From assembly GCA_951406725.2 (NCBI GenBank), contig OX597826.1:14880001-14944000 (forward strand): a stretch of DNA of 64,000 nucleotides, read 5' to 3'. The notes below the pieces were generated by a model. That model did no database searches. It was not told where the DNA came from and worked only from the letters and a program-made list of their open reading frames with translations. Of this stretch, positions 52,495 through 64,000 are shown one piece after another (the first letter of the stretch is position 1; every line of letters starts with the position of its first letter). The position numbers and the translations under genes are program-made. The DNA is from Octopus vulgaris (taxonomy: Eukaryota).

Positions 52495-52612
52495 CAATTT
52501 CATTATGAAAAGGAGTCGCCAGCACCTCGTTGAAAACCTTCTGACCTTTTGGAGAAAAGTACGCAGTGAATAATACCACCACGATACTTCTTATAGCATA
52601 AGTCAGCCGCTT
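52495..52612 (-). other. Candidate 118-nt exon
   Basis: (CT)n tract and TATTTTCAG acceptor, TG|GTATGC donor, one open frame (KRLTYAIRSIVVVLFTAYFSPKGQKVFNEVLATPFHNEI). Confidence 0.3.
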
Positions 52613-52622
52613 CTGAAAATAG

Positions 52623-52687
<65 letters not shown>

Positions 52688-54261
52688 AAAAATTAGATTA
52701 ACTTAGAACATCACTGGTACTTTACTTATCGATCCCAAAATAATGAAAAAGTAAAGTTTACCTTGACAAAATTTGAACTCATAGTCAAGACAACCGGATT
52801 ACGCAAAAATGTGTCTGTTAAAAGAATTGAATAGCTGGAGCTCTTGGAGAATGATCCTCACCATTTAGAGACTGCATATTTCGAAAGGTTTTTCTGAAAA
52901 TGATTCTACTGCAAAAAGCTCCCGTCAACTTCCGTTTCTCTATACTTCAAACTTCAGCTGTGGAGAATCTAATAAAGAATTATTAGGGACAAGAGAAAAA
53001 GAAGTGATCCTAAAACTTATTCTATCAACGTTGGAAAAACTGTATCATAATATTACTTATTAAAAAGGTGACATGCATCAAGTGCTGTGGTTCTCAAACT
53101 TTAATGGAATTACGAATCATCTCTTTAAGTCAAAGTTTGAATGCAAAGAGAGGAAGCTGAGGCTGTTAGTCATTCCTGCCCAAGTGAATGATCTATTCTA
53201 GATACTTTGCTACTAGACTTCACTCCAAGACTTAACGTAGCAACAATATTATTGAAAGTTTGCTTTGGTGACATATACTCGGCAATAACATGGTCCTTGT
53301 TCCATTCCGGCATAAACGCAAAAACAAGAAATGGAATTCCTGTCAGAATTGTTTCCTCTAATATACGAGATGTGTAAACATCACTGCCATCTGTTACAGG
53401 TATGGACAGCCTTTTTTTTTTTCTTTTTCTTTTTTCAGTAAACCTTACGGGTTATTGTTTATCATCAACCAAGCCGCAACACTAAAAGTTAAATTTAAGC
53501 ATCACATGTAGCAGAGTACATATCACGCATTATCGTAAGAAAGTGTGAGTGAACACGAGAAAAAGAAACGAAAGATAATGCAATAAATCTTTCGTAATTA
53601 TGTTATATTATAATCATAAAGTGACGAATGCCCAGCAAATATACATAAACGACAACGGGCTGAGTACCACAAGTCATGCCTAATCTATGAGATCAGAATA
53701 GGGATCAACTACTTCTTAGCACGCCCCGGATATGGGCCATGATAACGCATCTTGGGTGACGAGTGAAACTCTATGTTGTTACTTGATCTGTTAGAAATAT
53801 CAGCTGAGAGTGTTTCAATTCACACCTTAACGTCCCTGAAAAAGAAAGAAAACGGACATACTGCAGAATATAGTGTAGGATATTTCCATAAGAAGATGGA
53901 ATGGTCATAGCTGAAATGTCTGTGATTGTTCTAATTCATTAAGGGTAACGACAACACAAAAATATAAGGGCCATCACTTTTATGGCTAAGACAGAAGCGG
54001 AAAGCAGCGCATCACTTGCGGATCCTTGGCCAAGTTTAAGGTAAAGAACAACTAAAACGGAAGCAACATTACCAACTTGAACAGTAGCAAGAATCAAAGA
54101 GCTGAATTTCGGGTTGAAAGATAGACTGGTCAATATCACAAATTGTGGATTAGCTGAATCGTTTATGAGTGGAATAAAAGATCTTGCACTATTCATCCCG
54201 AATCTCCCTCTCTCACTTACTCACTTCTCTCTCCCTCTTTCTCTCTCTCTCTCTCCCTCTT

Positions 54262-54304
<43 letters not shown>

Positions 54305-56094
54305 CCCTCCCTTTCTGGATTATCCCTGTTGCCGAAAGGCCTGCTAAACATTGCAGTAAGGATACACGTGATCGTAAAATAATCTGCTGCTTACACGTTG
54401 ATTGCAGAACTGAATGATCATCGTCGACACCGATGGAGAATCGTCAAATATTTAACATTAGGAGATCCTAAACACCGAAATTATGTTAATTCCAACACTT
54501 TGCTTTCTTCTTTAAATTTCATTGATATGGGGGTACTGTGTACTTTAGCCCCTCATTCCCAATCAAACTTTATGGAACAGAAAAGTTATTATTAAATATA
54601 CTAATTAAAAGAGCTTCCTACTATTACAAAGTAATTATGAATTGTAGTGTGAAATATGGTTCCGAAATGTCCATCAGACATAAAATTGTTATCGCAACAT
54701 CTAATTCGTTAATTAAATTATTGCGCTTTATTAGATAATGAATTAGATTTGCAGTACTTTTTATGATACTTAAAAGACTATTTCTAAATGAATATCATAT
54801 TTGGTGTCACAGAATCGAATCGGGAGATTTTGTTAAATTAATTAAACAGAGACAATTGAATCTTAATTATAATACCGAAATTGTGACTGCAGTTTACATT
54901 AGAGTATTTATATATTCATTCATTCATTCATTCATTTTACTGAATTGTATTTTCAGCATAAGGTTGCAACACTGGGCAAAAGTTTATTTTATCAGGTGAA
55001 GGAAAAAATAACCTGAATATCGTCAGAGATTCATGGATCTAAATCGCATTTGTAAATTGTACTGGTGAGAGTTATTTCCCTTATATCGTTTCGCGTGAAC
55101 CCAAAAAACCATTGTAGCTTGGACAGTGAACGGGTTTGATTTACTGTTTAAAGTTCGTATTCTGTTATTAAAAGTTTACCGTAGCGTTTTCTTTTCTTTT
55201 CTTTTCTTTTTTCTCCTTTCTGGTGCTGATAAAATAAATACCATCCATTAATATTAGCAACATCGTCAAAGTGATGACGCCTGCATATTGTCGCTAAACC
55301 TGCTAGAAATAACAGCTAAATATCCGTTATATCCATACCTTATTGTTTTAAAAAAGGCTAATATATATTAATTGAATAGTGTGAATCTAAGGACATTACA
55401 TCAGTAAATGAGTCGGGAAGGCCACGGCTGAAATGCTTTCCCCGTCGGTCGGCTCCATTAGAGTTGCAGTGGATTAGATAACATACTAGCAATGCGAAGT
55501 ATAGACTGATCATATTGAAAACTATAGTTAACTTGGTATAAAACAACTAAATCATAACCAGCAATGCCATCAGAGAAATAGCTGCTAAATCTCCCTCAAA
55601 TTATACTTGACTACCTAAAAAAAAAAGGCAAGAATGCATCGGACAGTACATTGTAATATTCGACAGCCATTTTTTAATATTTATTTATTAGATGATTAAT
55701 AGATTAATCATTATACTCATGAGCCGATTGTTATAATTGATCGGCGAACTTTCGGAAGAGCTGTCGCTACCTCATGAAGAATGAAAAGAGTAAGGAATTG
55801 GGTGATTGTTTCTTTCTGTGAAAGAAGGTTTTTTCTTTTTTTTTTTTTTTCAAAGCATTTAATTTGCTGGCGATAATAGGAATACAACAATAAGACGCCT
55901 GGAGAAAACATGGCTGGATATGGTCGGAATGCATTCAATGAAAGGCTTGTTCCACGAGAGAGGTCAGGGAGCTAAGCAACATCAACAACAATAACAGTAA
56001 CTCTTGTGTTAACATATATTTCGTGCAAAAATATCTCAGTAAATATTGTTGTTATATAGAAAGAAAAACTGGAGGAAAATTAGCAGTTTTAGAG

Positions 56095-57319
56095 TTTTGT
56101 AAGATAGATACGAGAGGTCGGATCCGGCCAGTTTGAACTTTAAAACAGGTAGAATATTTAGGCCTGATATGGCCGGTTCAAATAATAAAGAGTTAAATAT
56201 ACTTTCTTTTAGGTTTGGTGTGAATGCATATACTGTTGGTGTAAAATGACGTTGCAAGAAATAGCAGCTAAAAGACAAGGTTTGGTATACAAGCAAGAGG
56301 CTGTGTGCATTTCATTATAATTCATTTAGTTTAATTACTCTATAACAAAAACAAGACAAACAAAACGGAATACATTCTTACGATATTACTCTTCAGTAAA
56401 GGAATGCTGTGTCGCATCGTTCTTAACGTTTTCAAATAACATTAGTAACCTAGATGAGAAGTTAGGGTAAATAATTTGTAGAATTGGGGCTATAACGTCT
56501 TTTTACAATAACTGCTGTGCATTTTGTTCTTTGCAGTTTCAAATCAGTTGCAATTCCTGATGAAGGAATTCTTTTATAACTAAATGTTCAACATAACTAA
56601 TACTTACATGTTAAACTACTGATGTTGCCCAATGTAGTTCTAACTTTGCTAACTTCTGCCGTAATACTAACACTTCCCATTTTATGAATTACATTGGTAA
56701 ATCATTGTATCAGAGCATTCAATTCGATAGCAATTTTAGTGCCACCAGATTTTTTTTTTCCCGAGATAGTACTTCCATAACGCAAAATGAATGAAACTAT
56801 TTCAGAACATGATACAACAGTTTTCACCTAATTTTTCTTAAAATATTAACTGTAGCAACGTATCATTAATATGAATTTTCATATGAAATACGCAGTAGTG
56901 GACTCTAACACCAATTATCATATTTTGTAAAGAACTCAAAACGTTTTCAGTTGAACCGCTCCTTGGTACTATTCGCCTACAACTAATTCAGTCATATTAG
57001 CCAATGATTTAAGGAACTTTGAAGAGTAATAACGTAAGAATGTATTCCATTTTGTTTGTCTGTTTTTGTTATAGAGTAATTAAACTAAATGAATTATAAT
57101 GAAATGCACACAGCCTCTTGCTTGTCTACCAAACCTTGTCTTTTAGCTGCTATTTCTTGCAGCGTCATTTTACACCAACAGTATATGCATTCACACCAAA
57201 CCTAAAAGAAAGTGTATTTAACCCTTTATTATTTGAACCGGCCATATCAGGCCTAAATATTCTACCTGTTTTAAAGTTCAAACTGGCCAGATCTGATCTC
57301 TCGTATCTACCTTACAAAA
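56095..57319. repeat. Long inverted repeat (~300-bp arms, ~620-bp spacer)
   Basis: 56095-56396 is the reverse complement of 57019-57319, which explains the twin ORFs 56036- and 57118+. Confidence 0.93.
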
Positions 57320-57898
57320 TCATCACTTCATCGAAATTTCAAAGCTACAAGATAATGCATGAGTAATTCTGAGTTCAATTTCCGCCGAGATCGACTTTGC
57401 CTTTCATCCTTTCGGGGGTCGATAAATTAAGTACCAGTTACGCATTTGTGCCGATGTAATCGTCTTAATCCGTTTGTCCGTCATTGTTTGTCCCCTCTGT
57501 GTTTAGCCCCTTGTGAGTAGTAAAGAAATAGGTATTTCGTCTGCCGGTTCGTTCTGAGTTCAAACTCCGCCGGAGTCGACTTTGCCTTTCGTCCTTTCGG
57601 GGTCCATTAAATAAGTACCAGTTACACACTGGGGTCGATGTAATCTACTTGTCTGTCCTTGTTTGTCCTCTCTATGTTTAGTCCCCTGTAGCCAAAAAAG
57701 AAATAAATATTTCCCCATAAGAAGATGGTGAGCTGGCAGAATCGTTCGCACGCCAGGCAAAATGATTAGCGGCATTTCGTCCGTTTTTGTGTTCTGAGTT
57801 CAAATTTCAAAGCTACGAGATAATGCACGAGTAATTCAAAAGAATGTGAATGAATAAGTATTAGATTCGACAAAATAATCTGAATGCTGAAGAATTAA
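57218..57898 (+). mobile_element. piggyBac-like MITE (TTAA-CCCT start) interrupted by a SINE-B array (57368-57802)
   Basis: TTAACCCTTTA start and degenerate GAATGCTGAAGAATTAA end. A 36-bp direct repeat flanks the SINE fragments. Confidence 0.55.
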
Positions 57899-59020
57899 TG
57901 AAGAAGAATGGAGCTGTATCAAAAATGGAAGAAACGAAAATGGAACTTTGACCCCTCGAGGCAATCTTCACATCTACCTCTACCTATTTCGTATGGTTTA
58001 ACTCAACTGAGGATTGACCATTTCAGCTCATATTCTTTTTGACCCCTTTAAGTTGCCATACTAGCTTGCTAAGTGATCCCACATTTTCTTTAATTTTATA
58101 CTTAAATGACGAGATGTGGCTGTAATAGACTCTTCTTTGTTATAACCAGAAATGGATTTGATGAACGTAGCATTAATTTCTGAAGTCGTTCAATTATCCC
58201 CAATTGACCAATAGACTGATTGAGTATACTTAGCAGTAATGTACTTGTAATGGCTACTGGAAACAGCTGTAAGCCTGACATGCTCCAAAAAAGGAAAAAA
58301 TATGTTATGACCATTATTTTTAACTTGCTGCTTATATATCATTCTGAGTAATAAACAATTTGTCTGGAGCCCCACCATGGATTTATGATATATAATTTTG
58401 AGAAACCAAAACCTTGGACCCTACCACTATATTACCTGGAGTTCTTCACTAATATAAATAATACTGTTAGCTTGGTGTGCTAACCGAAGGCTTATGAGGT
58501 ATTTTACCCAGATGGATAATCCTTCGCTATTTTGTGTGTGTATGTGTGTGTGCATGTGTGTGTGCGTGCGTGTATATATATATAATAATAATAATCAAAG
58601 GACACATTGAAGTGTCTATCCGCTAGAAATAAGAGTTAAAGCCCTCATTTGGACTACCAAAAATTACACTGAAAATACATACATACATGCATACGTGCGA
58701 GCATACATACATACATACATACATACATACATACATACATGCATACATATACATATGTATGTTTGCGATTACTCAGGCCATTGGAAAGTACGATATCTCC
58801 CACTGAGGCAAGAGGCAAGTATTTCACCTGGGCTAAAAACTGCTACTCCCTAGGGTCAGGCATTGAATTTTCCCCCAACCGGGTAATATAATTGCTATTC
58901 CACCCATGATTTCAGTTTTATCTTCCTTTGAGTTGTACCTAGTACACTATACTTAGATCGCTCGCTACCTCACTCATGAACATACACTCTCTCTCTCTCT
59001 CTCTTTCTCTCTCCATATAC

Positions 59021-59115
<95 letters not shown>

Positions 59116-59119
59116 TATA

Positions 59120-59217
59120 AGGTTAATCCAAACGAGAAAACAGAAAAAACAACACAAGGAGGTGGAACAATTAAAGTATTATTATTAGGCGCTCAGGAAA
59201 ACGGGAAGAAGGAGGGT
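59120..59217 (-). mobile_element. Truncated PLE-like repeat P1
   Basis: GTTAATCCAAAC...GTGGAACAA...GGCGCTCAGGAAA matches 17963-18060. Confidence 0.75.
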
Positions 59218-59330
59218 ATATATATATATATAATAACAAAGGGTAAAATTAATTAATTAGGAAGTAATCAATAATTTCACCAAGTAGAATTCGGCATGAA
59301 AAAAGGACCATTTCATGATAAACTTAAGTA

Positions 59331-59426
59331 ATACTTAATAATTAGCGTTCAGCAAAGATTTGCTTTACCACATACCGAAGTTTAGAAATAGCAGCCAAAT
59401 CTTTGCTGGACCCTAATTATTAAGTA
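59331..59426. repeat. Short (TA)n-flanked inverted repeat (~31-bp arms)
   Basis: TACTTAATAATTAGCGTTCAGCAAAGATTTG versus CAAATCTTTGCTGGACCCTAATTATTAAGTA. Confidence 0.75.
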
Positions 59427-59880
59427 TATATATATATATGTGTGTGTGTTTGTATGTAATTGATTTTAACAGTTGAACTTGTAGTCTATAAAGCTATGAA
59501 TAATAGCGTGTAAATATTCTTTTCTATTCTAAGCACAAGGCCCGGAATTTTGGGGGAGAGGGCCAGTCGGTTAGATCGACCTCAGTACGCAACTGGTACT
59601 GAATATATTGACTCCGAAAGGATAAAATGCAAAATCGACCTCGGTGGAATTTGAACTTAGAACTTAAGGACAGACGAAATAATGCTAAGCATTCCACCCG
59701 GCGTGCTAACGTTTCTGAATAGTTTGTAAATATTGGGTAAAACTACTTTTGGGACTGAAAAAGTCGGAGGCTGCCCGTAGGACAAAACATACATCTGTGA
59801 GCATGACATGTTCTACCATTGCACGTAAACATTATAAGTGCATGTGTGTGTAAGTGTGTATGTATATGTATGTGCGTGTA

Positions 59881-59921
<41 letters not shown>

Positions 59922-59954
59922 GCTCGAATGCGTATTATAAATAAACATATATAT

Positions 59955-60187
59955 ATTTCTTTATTGCCCACAAGGGGCTAAACATAGAGGGGACAAACAA
60001 AGACAGACAAAGGGATTAAGTCGATTACATCGACACCAGTGCGTAACTGGTACTTTATTTAATCGACTCCGAAAGGATGAAAGGCAAAGTCGACCTCGGC
60101 GGAATTTGAACTCAGAACGTAGCGACAGACGAAATACCACTAAGCGTTTCGCCCGGCGCTCTAACGTGACTGCCAGCTCACCGCCTT
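59955..60187 (-). mobile_element. SINE-B with TSD TTATAAATAAACATATATA (another copy at 59520-59717)
   Basis: Full-length copy with flanking direct repeat. Confidence 0.92.
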
Positions 60188-60202
60188 ATAAATAAACATA
60201 TA

Positions 60203-60602
60203 TAGGCGCAAGCGTGGTTGTGTAATAAGAAGCTTGTTTCCCAACTACATGATTCCAGGTTCAGTCCCACTGCGTGGCATCTTCAGAAAGTGATTTCTAC
60301 TACAGCCAATGTCGTGGGAGAAAAATTCGGTTGATGGAAATTGAAAGAAGCCCATCATATGTGCGTGTATGTGTGTGTGTGTGTATCCATGTTTGTCTCC
60401 CATCACTGCTTGACAGACAACCAGTGTTGGTGTGTTTGCGTCCCCGTAACATAGTGGTTCGGCAAAAGATGTCGATAGAATAAGTATCAGGCTTTAAGAG
60501 GAAAAAAATAATGGTGTCGATTTCTTCCACTAAAAATTCTTCAAAGTGGTGTACCAGCATGGCCGCAGTCTAATGACTGTAACAAGTAAAAGATAAAAGA
60601 TA
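60203..60602 (+). mobile_element. Diverged SINE family A
   Basis: Head, core and GTAAAAGATAAAAGAT tail. Confidence 0.85.
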
Positions 60603-60624
60603 ATATATATATATATTACACACA

Positions 60625-60830
60625 TGGCCCAGTGGTTAGGGCAGCGGACTCACGGTCGTAGGATCGCGGTTTCGATTCCCAGACCGGGCGTTGTGAGTGT
60701 TTATTGAGCGAAAACACCTAAAAGCTCCACGATGCTCCGGCAGTGGGGGCGGGTGGGGGCGATCCCTGCTGTACTTAATTCAAATGGCGGTGCCCCAGCA
60801 AGGCCACAGCTCGTGAGCTGAAACTAGATT
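60625..60830 (+). mobile_element. SINE-C head joined to an A-like tail
   Basis: C head followed by GGCGGTGCCCCAGCAAGGCCACAG...CTGAAAC. Confidence 0.75.
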
Positions 60831-61328
60831 AAATAAAAAAAACCTGTATATATTGTGGGTGTGTATGTTTTGTTGTGTTGATGTTAATAAAAAATTATGG
60901 ATTTTGTACGTGATTATATTGTTATCAGTTATATATAGTAGCAGTGGTTAAATGCATGTATACAAATATATGTGATTACATACATTCATCAATATATACT
61001 TCCTTGCCATAAATACTCATTAATACGTACGGGCGTTTTCGCATCATTGTATTCATTTGTGTATGTATGTACGTATGTAGGAACAAATGGTGTATCTAAA
61101 TATATTTTTATGCATATATACGCACCAAAACGTTTATTTAAAATATTTGCCCTCCCAAATACACACTAACAAGTACCCTTACACCTGCAGCTGCCCTCAC
61201 ACACACATTCGAACACACACATGCACACACACCCACATACATACACTCACACACCTGCACAATCATGTGCGCGCGCTTTTATTGTACGAAACTGCAGTAA
61301 ATTATAATAAACTAACAAGGTGTCATGC

Positions 61329-61560
61329 AGGCGCGTGGTTTAGTGGTTAAGGGTGTCGGACTCATTTTCCTAATATTGTGGTTTCGATTCATGAGTCAGG
61401 CGACACGTCGTGTTCTTGAGCAAAACACTTCAGGTTACTCCTGTTTACTCAGCTTGAAAAAATGAGTAATCCTGCGACGAACTGGCGTGCTGCCCAGGGA
61501 GAGTTATATGCGCCATGGAAACCGGGAAACCGGCCCTTTGAGTCTATATTACACTGAAAG
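61329..61560 (+). mobile_element. tRNA-derived SINE family D
   Basis: TGGTTTAGTGG A box, GTTTCGATTC B box, CTTGAGCAAAACACTT segment and a CCTGCGACGAACTGGCGT...GGAAACCGGG tail. Confidence 0.75.
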
Positions 61561-62087
61561 GATCTTTATCCTTTAACAAGGTAACACCCAATTCATACGA
61601 TGCTTTATCAAGTGAATTGTGACAACTTCCTGCAGATTAGTTCTTGATTATACTTTGTCGCCAGTTATGTCGAATTATTTTCAAAGTTTTCATAGCAACC
61701 AATTTTCCGAACGCATTTTCCATAGCAACGGTCTAAGAACAATTTTTGATGAAGCATTTTGGGAGGATGTAACGTAACGATTTCCGTAGTCTTTTGGTAG
61801 GGGTATTTTCTTTCTTGCAAAGTAATTGTTATAAATTAGAATGTGTGCAGGATTAAAACAAGCTTTGTGCATTGCTGTGGTACACAGATTATTAACCTTT
61901 AGACAGGAGAAAGATAATGTCGTGTGCATGGAAAACTTTGAACTCAGTGAGATACAAGATAAATATTAAATACTATAAAACATGTTGACCTGCGAACAAT
62001 TATGACAGACTATACTTGTCCTTTTTCATTGAGATGCAGCTTCAAAAGTACCAGACCAGTTGTAATCTTAATATTTCCCCGAAAGAA

Positions 62088-62300
62088 GGGCGGCGAGCTG
62101 GCAGAATCGTTAGCACGCCGGGCGAAATGCTAAACGGTATTTCGTCTGCCGTTACGTTCTGAGTTCAAACTCCGCCGAGGTCGACTTTGCCTTTCATCCT
62201 TTCGGGGTCGACTTTACTTTTCATCTTTTCAGAGTCGATTAAACAAGTACCAGTTACGCACTGAGGTCGATGTAATCTACTTAGCCCCTTTGTCTGTTCT
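62088..62300 (+). mobile_element. SINE-B with internal core duplication
   Basis: Head followed by a repeated GTCGACTTT..CTTTCATC. Confidence 0.85.
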
Positions 62301-62308
62301 TATATATA

Positions 62309-62397
<89 letters not shown>

Positions 62398-62619
62398 ATA
62401 TAATAATAATAATAATAGTAATAATAATAATAATAATGATAATAATAATAATAATAATGATAATAATACAGGTGAAAAATTGAATATTAATTTGATTAAT
62501 ATCAATTTAAAAACAGTGGTGTAGCATATTGAAAAATTTAAGGTTTCAGGAAAAAAATATATTACATACATATAAGAGGGATGGCTTGTAAGTGGACATC
62601 CGTCTTATATGTATATGTG

Positions 62620-62678
<59 letters not shown>

Positions 62679-62734
62679 ACCTCTTAAAGAAAGCGTCATG
62701 ATATTTTTTCTTTCTTCTTTTTCTTTTCTGACAG

Positions 62735-62901
62735 CTGAGAAGAAGAAAGTTAATCTCAAAAAAGAAACCAGGACCGAATTCTTGCGAAAGAATGAACAGA
62801 ATAAAAGTATCCAAGGACCTTTATTTCCCCCTCTTCGTTCAGGTGGTGGTATTAAATCGAGCGATGAATTAAATTTACCACCCAAGAACTCAGAACATTA
62901 G
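62735..62901 (+). CDS. Candidate phase-1 terminal coding exon (or pseudo-exon), unknown product
   Basis: Long pyrimidine tract and TGACAG acceptor; open frame EKKKVNLKKETRTEFLRKNEQNKSIQGPLFPPLRSGGGIKSSDELNLPPKNSEH*. Confidence 0.3.
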
Positions 62902-63277
62902 TAGCTTGAATAAATACCACCAAACCTCTCAGTATATCGTTGGTGGTGGAAATGTGAAAACCGTTGGCAGACTAATTAAGAAGATAGTGGGCTGACCGCG
63001 CAACAACCAATGGTAGTTGTATGAGAAAAAGAAGACATCAACTGAGATGAGGGCAAACTCAGGTGGTGCCCTCCCTCCACTACCACCACAGCTATCCTCG
63101 TTAGAGCCCACAAGGCTGACTATACATATCAATAACCTTACCTCGAAGTACCTGAATATCTAATCCTAACAGTTTGATGATAGGTGGTAAGTTACACGTC
63201 ACGTTGTCTAGAAACGCAAAGCTACAATGGAATTAAATATATCATTCTTGAGCGAGTGATCTACAATATTGTAATAT

Positions 63278-64000
63278 ACGTTCAAAGCATATTCAAAATT
63301 TGGGCTTATAAAAAAAAAACAATTTTGTACATTTCACAACTTTATTTAATCACCTTCAAAATGCTCCCCTTGGAAGTTCACACACTTTTCCAAGCGGTCC
63401 TGCCACTGCTGGTAACACCTCTGGAACGCCTTCTCTGGAATGCTCAGGAGATCCATTGTTGCTATTCCCATAATTTCCTTTCACGACTAAAATCACTTCC
63501 CTTTCAGCGTAGTTTTCAGATTGGAAAAGAGCCAAATCTCACACGGTGCCAAGTCGGGAAAGCCTGCTGAACAAGTGTTACGTTGTTCTTGAATAGGAAA
63601 ATTTGGGTTTTGTGGACGGAATGAGCGGGCGCATTGTCGAGGTGAAGTTGCCCATATGTCCAGCCACTTTCGACGCACAATATCAGGAAGGCGATATATA
63701 ACCACCAAGTAGTATTCCTTATTGATTGATTGACCTTGTGGTGAGAATTCGTGATTCACAATGCCATGGGAGTCGACGAAACAGGTCAACATTACCCTCA
63801 AGTTGCTGCTAATCTCACGCACTTCTTTGAGCCTTGGTGCTAATGGATGCTTCCATTGGGAAGACTGGAACTTAGTTTCCAGGTCGTGACCATAAACCCA
63901 TGCTTCATCACCGGTGATGATGGTCTTCATGAAGTCTGGGTCGTAGTTTGCACAGTCCATTATGTCCTGAGCGATGTCCATGTGGAATTGCCTCTGCTGA
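63278..64000 (-). mobile_element. Degraded mariner (irritans-like), truncated by window end
   Basis: IITGDEAWVYG.D.ETK.QSSQWK...VMLTCF.D..GIV..EF..QGQ.IN...Y, DNA, PDLAPCEIWLF. Confidence 0.9.

Noticed and set aside
56036-57366. Pair of near-identical divergent ORFs (MLVYQTLSFSC...)
   Set aside because: A by-product of the inverted duplication; both have TTG starts and no protein motifs.

Overview
AT-rich, repeat-saturated animal genomic DNA that is intronic or intergenic. The mix of tRNA-derived SINEs and dense (TA)n/(CA)n/(GATA)n microsatellites strongly suggests an octopus or other cephalopod genome (inference). No intact host gene is recognisable, and most track ORFs are microsatellite or SINE artefacts. 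Identifiable elements are: dozens of SINE copies from about 4 modular families; a nearly intact 1,292-bp DD34D mariner inside an old RTE LINE; several deleted Tc1/mariner elements; Helitron-type and 8-bp-TSD MITEs; and fragments of CR1, RTE, R4/Dong, L1/Tx1 and Penelope (GIY-YIG) retroelements. The main hidden signal is a set of about 12 minimal type-I hammerhead ribozyme (HHR) motifs from several unrelated Penelope-like terminal-repeat families. Most sit in (TA)n-flanked inverted duplications and have palindromic stem III. Across families the catalytic 3-8 base pair covaries (C-G, U-A, G-C). One family is fused to a tRNA-like Pol III head, giving a candidate ribozyme-bearing SINE. Also seen are a dense Hox/Pbx/Meis motif cluster near 49.95 kb and a few candidate exons.
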